From assembly GCF_006345805.1 (NCBI RefSeq), contig NC_043002.1, positions 85,188,001 through 85,252,000 of the forward strand: a DNA stretch of 64,000 nucleotides, read 5' to 3'. This DNA is from Octopus sinensis. Taxonomy: Eukaryota. A program made the position numbers and the translations under genes. The notes beneath the pieces are model-generated. The model was not told the DNA's origin, made no database searches, and worked only from the letters and a program-made list of their open reading frames with translations. Below, one piece after another: positions 48,300 through 59,949 of the stretch (positions within the stretch are counted from its first letter, which is position 1; each line of letters starts with the position of its first letter).

Positions 48300-49990
48300 T
48301 AAGACACCTCCTATTATTGCTCTCTGCCCTCCAACCCCACGTCTAACTACCAACAGATTGTGTCCTCCACTATTCATGACCCCATTTCTTCCTCCCACCG
48401 CCTCCAACATCATTGTCCATATCCCACGCACCCCCACTATTTAGTTCCTTCCCCAAATTCACAAGCCTAACAACCCTGGCCGCTCCATCGTCTCTGCCTC
48501 AACTGCTCAACGGAAATGATCGCCAAATACCTTGACCGTGTCCTTACCCCTTAGTGGCTTCCCTCCCCTCACACATCTACGACACCAATCATGCTCTCCG
48601 TCTGTTTAACTCTCTCTCCTTCTCTTCTGGCCCCGCTCAACTCCTGTTCACTCTTGACATTAAAAGTTTGAATACGGTGATCCCACACAACGGACTTCTT
48701 GCGCTTAAACACTTCCTTGACCTTCGGCCTGACTCTCAACCTGACACCTCCACACTTCTTCGTCTGCCTCAAGTGCTTCTCGTTCGCGGGGGAGTTTTAC
48801 CAACATAACTCTGGAATGGCCATGGGAACGAGAATGGGCTGAAACTATGCGAACCTGTTCGTTGGCTATGTGGAGGCCCAAATATTCTTACAATTCACTA
48901 ATTCCACTCCCGAGGTATACGGTTATTATATCAATGACTGTATTGGTGCGACCAAACTCTCCTGCGAACAACTGGACTCCTTTTTCTCCTTTGTCCAATC
49001 CTTCCATCCTGCCCTCGAATTCTCCTGCACTATCTCTAACTCTTCCGTCGAATTTCTCGACATTTCTGTCAGCATACACCACTCCGCTCTCACTACCTTC
49101 ATCCACTACAAACACACCGACTCACACTCCTACCTTAACTCCTCCACCCTACTCATAGCTCTCCATCCCCTACTCCCAATTCCTCCGTCTACGCAGGCTC
49201 TGCAGTGACGACCATGACTTTGAGATTCAGTTTTAACTTATGGCTCGTCACGTCATCCTACCATTATCCACACTGCCCTTGCCCGGGCACGATCTGTGGA
49301 CCATGCCTCTGCTCTTACCCGTCTCCCGTTTCCACTCACCTACCACCCCTCCAACACGCCATTCTCCGAGCCTTCCAGAGACTCCAGTCCAACTATCCTC
49401 TTCGCACATCTTCCCTAACCTACCCCTTCCTTCTTCAAAACGGCCCATAACCTGCGTGACCTCCTAGTCCACAGTTTCTTCTCCACCCTCGCCTCCCAGT
49501 CCTAGTCTTTCCTCTGCTCCCACCCACGTTGTCGCACCTGCCTCTACCTCTCCAACACCACCATCCTCACAGGTACCCATCACCGGCCCTATCATGTCAG
49601 TGACTCCTTTACATGCACCTCTAGTAATGTTATTTACTGCATCTTCTACTCTCTCTGTCCTTCCGTGTACATTGGCCAAAGGGACGCCGCTTGGCCGACC
49701 GGATCGCGGAGCACCTCCGAGACATCAGACTCGACAGTGACACTCCGGTCTCGCGCCACTTCCGCTCTACCTGTTATTCGATACATCTGTCTGTGTTCGG
49801 ACTGTCTCTGCACAGGGGCCACCCGGACTCCCGCTTTCGCCATGAACAGGAATGAATTTTCTCCCATCGTTCCTTTGCAACTTATGGGCTCACCTCACCT
49901 CCTCCCTTCATCTGACACCAACTTCGCACGGATTCCCATACACTTCCCACATTCAACTGCTCCTCCACCTATACACCTTCATACCGCCCA
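48300..49990 (+). mobile_element. Degenerate Penelope-like element (RT plus GIY-YIG)
   Basis: PKIHKPNNPGR, LFTLDIKSL, G-MAMGTRMG..YANLFVG, YINDCIG, EFLDI; FTCTSSNVIYCI..VYIGQ..RRLADRIAEHLRDI. Confidence 0.85.
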
Positions 49991-50639
49991 CCTCGCTACT
50001 CTCACCACATACGCACACCTTACACACACATGTACACGCTGTTCAACTCATCACGCACTTCACACACCTTTACACACCCACCCACAACACCTTCCCATTC
50101 CTCACACTCTAGCACCGACCACTTCTCAGCACCCACACCACACACCATTATACATGCACCCAGACACAATCTCCAATAACGTCATTACACATACCACTAT
50201 ACGAGCAGCCAGACACACTGTTTAACTCAGTACACACACCACACACCAACATGCACACTCCCACACCTGCATAAGCACACAATACCTGAAGACAGACAAT
50301 ATATAATCCCACAACCATACAAGCACATAATACATAAACACAGATAATATATATACATCCACACGCAACACGCATAGACAATGATAACTCACAAACATAC
50401 ACTATACACAGGCACACTATTTGCTCACAGACATACACACACATACACATGTGCACACACAACTTGAAAAAGCACACATCAGACTGACTCACCCTCATTC
50501 ACACATATACACTCACACACAACATTCTCACAAACGCATATGCTCGCACACCTTAGTTCATTGGGATCATCATTATTACCTCCCTTTCATGCAATCTCTT
50601 TTTTCCCCAAATCATTTATCATGTTGGACCGCTGATCTC

Positions 50640-51836
50640 TACACTGTAAATTACATAAAAATTACATAAAATTATCTTGAAATATTAAACTGTAAATTTA
50701 TTCAATGAAATCGCTATTAGCTTCAGTCACGGTCTCCAGACAGCGTCCGAACTCTTCTGGATGGTTTCCTTGTTTAAGTTAGTGAATGCTGCTATAATCC
50801 TTGATTTCAGTTCATCTTTGGTGTTACAAGGAGTTTTGTTGGTCTCTCGCTCAAATGCACCCTGCACATAACAATCAAGGGGCTACAGTCTGGGGAGCTA
50901 GGCGGTCAGATGTTATAGGTGGTGTGGTCGCAGAAATTGTCTGACAGTCATGACTAGATTCTCTTACTTGTGTAGCATGGTGTACAGTCCTGTTGCCAGA
51001 CATAGGGTCTTCCAGCAGCTACTCTCTTGATCCAGGGCAGCACTACCTCCTTCGCGCACTTGATGAAGGCCTCTGTGTTGTGTCAGAGGCCGTGTGGGAA
51101 GATGAATGGTAGCATAACGTTGCCATCTCTAGTGATCACGTCAAACACCATGATTTTTATTACTCTCGGTACATGCTTTGGGGACACGGCAAGCCAACGG
51201 TTGTTCCGTGTGTTCACCATCTAATCTTGACAGTAATTTTTCTTGTCTGAGAAAAACCAAATCATGTTCGGTTGGAGGGGATACTTGAGTTTGTTCAAAA
51301 GCTTCATAGCGCGGCCTTCCTCTTGTCCTTGATGGCTTGGGATACAAATTGGCGCTTTTTCATCTTGTTTGAGGAATACCAAATGTCTTCATGCACTACC
51401 TGCCTGAAACTCAGACACCCCCACGTTCCTGGCGATGGACCTGATTGACTTGGAGGGATCGTTGTCAATCTTGTCCTGGAACTCACCGACAAATTCAGGA
51501 GTTCTTTTCTCATCAGAACAATCAGAATGAGTTTTCCAAACTGCCGTACCTTCGTAATCACCATCAGACTTATCTCTTTCCGAATTCTCTGCATTGTCCG
51601 CAGATTGACACCCAAACACTCGGAAATGTTCGTATTGGAGATTCGGCACGAATGCCAAGCAGTACAGCATGTCGTTTCCAAATTTCTGGCAGACTGAATT
51701 GCATCATGGTGCTGTTTTTTCTCACAGACGGTGCCCAACTGACCCTACTATTTGTAGTCGACAAAATCAAAAAGGAACAATATGCATGCGCGAAATTAAA
51801 AATATAAAATGGTGACAATTTACCCATTACACCCTG
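50640..51836 (-). mobile_element. Degenerate maT/DD37D Tc1-mariner element
   Basis: TIR cagggtgtaatgggtaaattg at the right end. FFSD, VWQQD and PPSSPDCSPL motifs with ~37-residue spacing (1-bp loss at the third D). Confidence 0.8.
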
Positions 51837-51887
51837 TATACACACACACACCACATACACACAGGGTGTGATGGGTAAATTGTTGCC

Positions 51888-51926
<39 letters not shown>

Positions 51927-51931
<5 letters not shown>

Positions 51932-52323
51932 TATTTACAAGATAAGGGCAGAAGAAAAATTCTAATGCCAAATATGCCGAAACAAAAAATTGTCGATAAC
52001 CATTATAATTTATGCGTCTCGAAACAAACCAATAGAAATCTCTAAAAAATTCGTTATTACCGTATTGGTGCAATCTCGGGGTTAATTCATAAGAAATTTT
52101 CCCCTCTTCAGCGGCAAATACGCGAGATATAAATGAAATACTTACTCATACCCATTCTTATGAATTAACCCCGAAATTGGACCAATACGGTAATAACGAA
52201 TTTTTTAGAGATTTCTATCGGTTTGTTTCGAGACGCATAAATTATAATGGTTATCGACAATTTTTTGTTTCGGCATATTTGGCATTGGAATTTTTCTTCT
52301 GCCCTTATCTTGTAAATTATGTA
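51927..52323. mobile_element. Foldback MITE (TA-flanked, ~165-bp TIRs)
   Basis: tacattatttacaagataagggcagaag...ttcataagaa versus ttcttatgaa...cttctgcccttatcttgtaaattatgta. Confidence 0.85.
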
Positions 52324-53284
52324 TAAATTTTACCTTTAAAGGCATTTTTTGATATGCTGGCCATTGATAAATTTTTTTTCCCGAAAGATTTTTTATCCTA
52401 TATTAATTATATATATATATATGTGTGTGTACATATGTGTGATGTGTGAGTGTAATTGTAAGTGTGTGTGTGTGCGTGTGTGTAGTTTAGTCATCAAATT
52501 GCCACGTGATTCTCAGATTGCCATATGACTAGAAATAATTTGTTTGACTTCAAATATGTCATACCAAACTGAAATGACAGTGAGCTGAGCCATATCAAGA
52601 TCTTGGAAGGACTTTAGGATTTGAAAACCTTTGCAATAAAACTCCATATTAAAAACTATTGTGTCCAGTACCTAACGTTTCCGTGTCAGGATTCAAACAG
52701 ATCTAATTTTGGAAAAGGTTTTTCCAGAATCGATAAAATCGTCTCTTGTAATTCACCCGATTTGAGTAATTTGCCTAAATCTTCTCTATTTAAAAAGAAA
52801 AATAAATAGATAGATAAAATAAAATGAAGTAAATATAAATAAAAATAGCTACTATAATATGTAGAATTTCACTTACCTATAATAGATATCAATTTGATCA
52901 CTTATTCAATGATAAAATTAAATTATTTCAGAATTGTGGTAAACTAGTTTCAGTAATACAATTTGTTACGCTTATTGCTGATTAACTGACAAATTCAAAT
53001 ATCGTTTATAAGTACAAACTAAGAGAAAACACCATTCAACGTCAATCAACGTCGTAACAGTTTCATATACAAACACTGTAGTATAGTTGTAGGAAAAGTA
53101 AATACACTATTATGATAAATAAATATTAATTGAAACTCAGACGTAAAGTATTCACAAAAAACTTTGGCAAAATGCATGTTATAAACATGCAAAGTTCCAA
53201 CTCTTTATTCGTCTCCTTATTCCTTTACTCCTGTCCTCTATGTCGTCATTTCCTTAATCTATACTTTTCTCATTTCCCCTATTT

Positions 53285-53340
53285 GTCTCCGATGACGGAA
53301 TATCCCATACTCTGAGATATTCCGGAAACATCTGTAAGAC
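53285..53340 (+). ncRNA. Solitary type I hammerhead ribozyme candidate
   Basis: Stem I GUCU/AGAC. Core CCGAUGA (U4C). Perfect 9-bp stem II CGGAAUAUC/GAUAUUCCG. GAAA, stem III ACA-UC-UGU, GUA triplet. Confidence 0.65.
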
Positions 53341-53738
53341 TTTGGATTTTTTCCAGTAATGATAATCATGTATAATAAGGTTTTCGATTTGACCTTACTA
53401 ATACATTCCCCACTTTTAGGTCACTTTAAATAAAACCCTTGATTCAATAACACTGTGTATATACTCTATACATGGAATGACCAATTTTAAATACTATTGG
53501 ATCTTACTCATATTGGAATCTTATATGTATGCCATTCTGCCTAAATAATGGATCTACAAAGACAATATCCTTGCATATCTCACATCTATTTTCATTCCTC
53601 CACTTCACTCTCTAAAATAATTATTGCTTAACCATCTTCTCATACCGTCTCCAATGAAGGGATATAATAAATATTTATAAATGTTCTAAAATCTACACAG
53701 CCTTGGTTTTTTATCTCATTACGGAAAAAAATTATGTA

Positions 53739-53792
<54 letters not shown>

Positions 53793-53827
53793 TATATATA
53801 TATATATATATATATCTATATATATAT

Positions 53828-53913
<86 letters not shown>

Positions 53914-53955
53914 ATATATATTTTAATTTTTTTTTGTACTTGTTTCAGTCATTTG

Positions 53956-53986
<31 letters not shown>

Positions 53987-54033
53987 CACACACACACACA
54001 CCCACACACACACACCACACCACACACACACAC

Positions 54034-54082
<49 letters not shown>

Positions 54083-54097
54083 TTATATATATATTAC

Positions 54098-54875
54098 ATA
54101 GAAAAATGCGAGCATGAAAAGTCATATTCTTAAGATTATAAACCTGGAAAAGTTCAGGACAAGTTATTACATCTGTAAAAGTATAGGACAAGCTGTTTCT
54201 TCTAGTAAAGTAAAAGAATAAGAAACTTTTTACTTAAAATATTGCAGCAAGGAATGCCAGTTCTTCTAATTTATCACTCTTTACAGTTCTCATCTTTTAA
54301 ATTTATTGTACAAAACTGTTCAGCTAATTTGTAAGTTTGTCTAATTGTCACTTTTTTTCTGCATTTAAGGTAGTAAATTAGCCAAATTCTACTTAAATAA
54401 GTATAGTGATATTTGTAAACAATAATAAAATAATTTTTAATATTCAAATTTTAATTTTAGCTGCAATATTTTAAGTAAAAAGTTTCTTATTCTTTACTTT
54501 ACTAGAAGTAATAAAAAAATAAATAAATGCGCCCTTTTAAAGCCTAGTCAGGCTCATGGACCCGGTTTCAATGGCGTATGTGTTCCCCAGCTGGACAGGA
54601 CGCCAGTCCATCGCAGCGTTACTCATTTTTGCCAGTTGAGTGGGCTGGAGCAACGTGAAATGAAGTGTTTTGCTCAAGAATACAACGCGTCGCCCTGTCC
54701 AGGAATCGAAACCACAATCTTGCGATCATGATGCTGACACCCTAACCACTAAGCCACGCGCCTCCACACTAGAAGTAATAGCTTGTCCTATACTTTTACA
54801 GGTGTAATAACTTGTCCTGCACTTTACCATGTTTATAATCTTAAGAATATGACTTTTCATGCTAGAATTTTCCCA
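54098..54875. mobile_element. Foldback MITE whose right arm is interrupted by a SINE
   Basis: gcatgaaaagtcatattcttaag...aatattgcagc versus gctgcaatatt...cttaagaatatgacttttcatgc. Confidence 0.75.
54514..54767 (-). mobile_element. Young CORE-type tRNA SINE with 13-bp TSD
   Basis: TSD ACTAGAAGTAATA (54501-54513 and 54768-54780). A/B boxes intact on the minus strand. Confidence 0.85.
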
Positions 54876-57254
54876 TTTAATCCATGATTTTTCCAGGCAT
54901 TGCTGTTATAATTAATAAGGTGTCAATTAATAATTTAAGATTTTACCTTATAAAATACTGAAAGATAATATTTCAAATTTTCCATGTAAGTGATAATATT
55001 TCAATTTTTTTGTGTGTTTAATTAAAATATATGTTGTGATTGAATTATTTGATATTACCCATCAACACACCAAATTAATGGCAGGGATTTTTACCATGTT
55101 GTTGGTTGCACCATGGCTCACCAAAATTACAAACAACAAGACCCTAAAACCCTCTGTTATCAGGCTCACCTTAAGTAACCTAATTTGGCAATATTAGGAG
55201 GTCACAGGAATTCATTCAACGAAAAAAAAATTCCAATGATTCTGGGATCCCACCTAATTTTTTCCGAACCACAATAAGGGATTTGTAGCGTATTAGGAGG
55301 TCAGGGTACTTGATAGATTCTCATAAATTTCTTAGTGCAAAAGCCGAGAACATCAGATATGCTTACTGAAAAATTTAGTCTGGGTTTCGAATCCTGGCTA
55401 TGACTCTAGGAAGCGATTCACTTCACACCTTTCGTGACGTTCATATCTTTTTAAAGGGCACACACTTGTTCTCAGTCTGGTTATATGAAACTCATGTGTA
55501 TGGATTTGAATTCAAAGCCGTCACACAATGGTATCAAATCTCACACTCGAGCCAGCGAAGGAGCCTCTATATGGTGCCGACGCATTGCAATAAATAGCAG
55601 ACAAAATTTCTTCTAATAAAAACCAACACGCCTCAGAAAGACGGGATGGCCACTGCTAGAATGCTTTTGATCGGGCGTCATGACACATTTCCAACAGAAT
55701 CAAACGTGAAACAATGTTGCCTGTATTTAAATGAAACTAATATATTTAGACCATAACAAGGCTTAGTCCTAGTTGCAGTGTAGTTATATACTTCAATGAC
55801 CCTAAGAGTTATGCCAGCGGAGCACAAGCTGCTGTATGTGTCTGTGTGTGTAGGGGGGTTCCTATGCTGGACAGAGCAATAGATACCTTTTTCCAGAGGC
55901 AAAAGTGGGTTTGTGGTAGGGCCAACAGCTCTATCTAGAAAAACGTAAAGTTACAGAAGCATTAATGACAATTCAAAACCAACAAAGCTGGGGAGATGAT
56001 CGAAGCAGGAAAAAAAAACAAAAAAAAAACAGCCGAGTCGAGGACAGTGGAGAAAAGCTGTAGATGGCCTATGATCCATAGGGTACGAAGAGCTCATGTA
56101 AGAAGCAATATATTTAATGTAGTGACCTAGAAAATGTTTGATATACTAAAATTGAATTAATTACCAAAATAACGAGAGGACGAATGAGTAGCGTTAATGA
56201 AAATTCTCGTCAATGACAAGGGAGCTCTCCGTCGGTCAAGTTTGACCACGCATCTCCGTATGAATAAGCAGGACAACTGCAAAAGTTTTTGAGGAAGGCA
56301 TGTAGTTCTCCATACATGAAAGTCAGTTTCCTCTCTCTACGCTACCAAAGTTTAACCAAGGGAATGGTCACCGACATGGATCAATATAATTTAACACCAA
56401 TGTCATCACAAGTGTTTCAGTCAAAATGCAAGGAGCTGGAACATATTCCACAAGGCATTTAAAACTATCCTATAACAGTTCCGCCAATACACCTTCCACG
56501 ATTATTTTTTCATTACGGTTATAATTTTAATTGATTGAATTATATTTTGGCTCGCTACATTTACGTATGTTAGCTCCTACTTAGCTATACGTTTAACTTG
56601 CAGACGGCATCACTGGGGAAATATTCTCATGTCATTACTAAACTTCTGTAGACGTATAGGCACACATACACAAGACAGACATTTATGAAGATCGTTTAAA
56701 TTTCTTTGACAGAGGCTTTGAATGTCTGAAACCAATTTATTAGATGGTAGACACATTGTATTTAATAGCAAGAACTATTGATGCCAATCACATTTATTTA
56801 TTGACTTCTGCTTGCAAATAGAGCGATTGAACATCAAAAAATTTTAAAGCAAATTTTCCATATCGTTATCGTATTTCTAACAGACTGTGATTATAAACGA
56901 AATTTTGGAAATATATACTTAAATACAGACACACACTCTTACATAGATACATTGATAAACATAAAATTACTGCCAAAAAATATTTATATATATAAGTGCG
57001 TGTGTGTGTTTGTGTGTGTATGTTCACGTATCTTGCTTAATGTCGAACAAATGAGAAAGGAGTGCTCAATACATTTTGTAGAGGATATATTTATTTTTTC
57101 GTTAAAACTGAAACTGAAAGTTTGTTTCATGACTTGAGTATTGGTCACCAATATAGAGTGGTAACAGTTTCGCCTGAAAATCGCTGTTGCATGAAACTTG
57201 AGTCGCAAAATAAACTCTCAGCGTCAGTTTTAATTTAAAAAAAGGCATATATAC

Positions 57255-57940
57255 CGGTTTTCTGTGAATAGATTTTGATAAAACTTTCCCCAGCTGGTTT
57301 GCACACACTGGCAACGCCATTGTTATGATTTCATTATTCTGTGTAACGTCCTTTCTTTTATATTTCAGTTTCTTCAGATTTTGGGTTAACCATGCTAATA
57401 GCTTTTGAATAAAAAGAGCCCATCTAAAAGAGGTAGTTTCAGGGGTTCTCGCATCGAAGCCATGGTCCTAAGGATGCGATTTGTGATGGTTTTCGGTACA
57501 TGAGCAAGTCCGGAGGCGGTGAAAATGGCTTTGCTTGTTTGTCCAGGTTTCCCACGGAATTTGCGGACAATATTCCTTAAGCCCCTAGCTGTCACAGTCT
57601 TGGAGTTCCCACAATCGGACCGGTTCTTCCATGGCGAAGTGTTTTTCAGGAATCGTCTAACCGTGTCCACATGACGACCTAACTACTCCGCAATGACATG
57701 AAGAGAGGTGACTTTAGCACTTTGCTCGATGATGACAGACTTTTCTTCATCGTTAAGGCTTTTTCCACGTCACATTGTTCTTAGAGAGAAGAGATATTAT
57801 TAGCATGGTTCACCTAAAAACTGAAGAATCTGAAATAAAAAAAGGATATTACATAGAATAATGAAAACATAACAATGGTGTTGCCATAGTGTGCAAACCA
57901 GATAGGGAAAGTTTTATCAAAATAGATTCACAGGAAACCG
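57255..57940 (-). mobile_element. Internally deleted Tc1-like element with ~75-bp TIRs
   Basis: cggttttctgtgaatagattttgataaaactttccc / gggaaagttttatcaaaatagattcacaggaaaccg. HTH remnant LGRHVDTVRRFLK. Confidence 0.75.
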
Positions 57941-57999
57941 AGAAATCCTAAAGTTCACTCCTAAGCTATTAGCGTGGTTCTGATATATATATATATATA

Positions 58000-59213
58000 C
58001 AGGGTTTATTGAAGACATGCATGAATTTAGAAAAAGACGCATAGTTCATCAAAGAAACGCTGTATTTGAAAACAAATTAGTACAAATTATCTTGAAAATC
58101 CTTTTATCACACTTATTCAATCAATCCACCGCTGGCATTAATGGCTGCTTCAATACGGCGTTGGAAGTATTGACATATCCGAATCAGATGAATTTTATTA
58201 ATTTTGGATATAGTACTGCTTATGTTGGACTTGAGAGTTTGTATGCTGTTATGGGGATTTTGATTGGACTCTCGACTACACCCAATACGTTAGTGGATTG
58301 AGGTCTGGTGAGTAAGGAGCCATTTTTCTGGGAAAGCATAATCATGGAATTTGGCGTGCATCCACGCTTGGGTTGTCCTAGCCTTATGAGGCGGAGTAGA
58401 GTATTGTTGGAAGACGCGCTTGTTGCGAACTCTGGTTATCCAGTACCTCACAACTTTCTCCAATACCTCTGTATAGACAGCGGCATTGGCTGAAGCCCCG
58501 TGAAAAAATGTGAGGAGGCATGACATCTCTCTTGTTGTTGATGACTCCCAGAACCATCACAGTCGCTGGTAACTTAGTATACATGACCGCTGAAATCTTA
58601 TTCGGGTTTCTGCATGACCATCTCTATTTCTTTCAGTTACTTTTTTCTTGTTCGAAATTTTTCTGAACGGAGAAAAATCAAAGCATTCCAGCAGCTTAGT
58701 ATCTTCAAGAGCTTTGCGCGGATCGAATGGTTCTCTTTTGTCACACCCTCTCCGTGTCACATACGACTTGTATCAGATATCCTCATGCAGAACTCTTTTT
58801 TGATAGTGCATTCTGAAACCCTGAAGACCTTTGCAATGGCTCTGATTGATATTCCTGGGTTTTTATCGATTATTTCTTTTACTTTTTGTAAAAAATGTAT
58901 GTGTTCAGATGATATTATAGGATCCTGTGCAACCGTTTTGCGTTTAGTTGCTGATGTTGAATTCACGCCGGCAGCTTCCAGCTCCTTTCGAACTTTGACA
59001 ACGAAGGATCGGGCAACTTTCAAGAAGCGAGCTATGTCTGTATCAGTATGCTGCGCTTTTAAGGCTACGATTAGAGCATGTCTTTTCGTTTGCTGAGTCA
59101 ATATCATCGCTGATTTTATTGATCTGAAAAGTAAAGTAAAAAAGGTTAGAAGAAAGCTAGAGCTCTTGAAAGAGATTTTCTCAAAAAAAAAAGCAAAAGA
59201 AACTAACACTCTG
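58000..59213 (-). mobile_element. Degenerate maT/DD37D-like element (second subfamily)
   Basis: KRHALIVALKAQHTDTDIARFLKV..SIRAIAK..VSECTI; VMVLGVI..VMPPHIF; VFQQ..PPHKARTTQAW. TA flanks. Confidence 0.75.
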
Positions 59214-59499
59214 TATATGTATGTGTGTACGTATATGTTATGTATGTATATACATATACGTATATATTACACATATATTTACATACACACACATATATAT
59301 ATATATGATATATATGAACATATATGTATGCGTAATATATATGCTCACACATACACACAGAACCATAACCATTACTAGTAAGAGTATAACCAGGTAGAAT
59401 GTAATCTACGTAGTCGTGAATAGACATGGACATCCTCTCGACCATTCTACCCTTTAATTCAGTGGAAAGAGAAAGGGCCGCGCTCCGTAGCTAGTGCTC

Positions 59500-59640
59500 G
59501 TTTTCGACTGAATAGATTGGAGCAATGTAAAATGAAGCGCTTTGTTGGAAGGCATAACATGCCGTCGAGTCCAGCAATCGAACATACGACCGCGTGATCG
59601 CGAGTCTAACACTCTAAATCACTAGGCCATAAGTCTTCAT
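59500..59640 (-). mobile_element. Degenerate CORE-type SINE fragment
   Basis: attggagcaatgtaaaatgaagcg...aatcgaac...cactaggccat. Confidence 0.5.
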
Positions 59641-59885
59641 ACAGAAATAGACAAGCACGCGCACACATTCTACTACTACAATTGCTGCTGCTGCTGCAGC
59701 TCCTCCTACTAGTACTACACTTGCTATCGAAGACTTGGCCTGAGCGTATACCATACCATCGCTAATGATTCACAGGTGCCCATGCAGTTGAAAGCAGACA
59801 CAAGCATCTTGACCCACTCTAGATCCAAGGCCAGCAATTTTACGAGTCGTTTAATGTGAAAGATCACATTAACAAAGCATATTTG

Positions 59886-59949
<64 letters not shown>

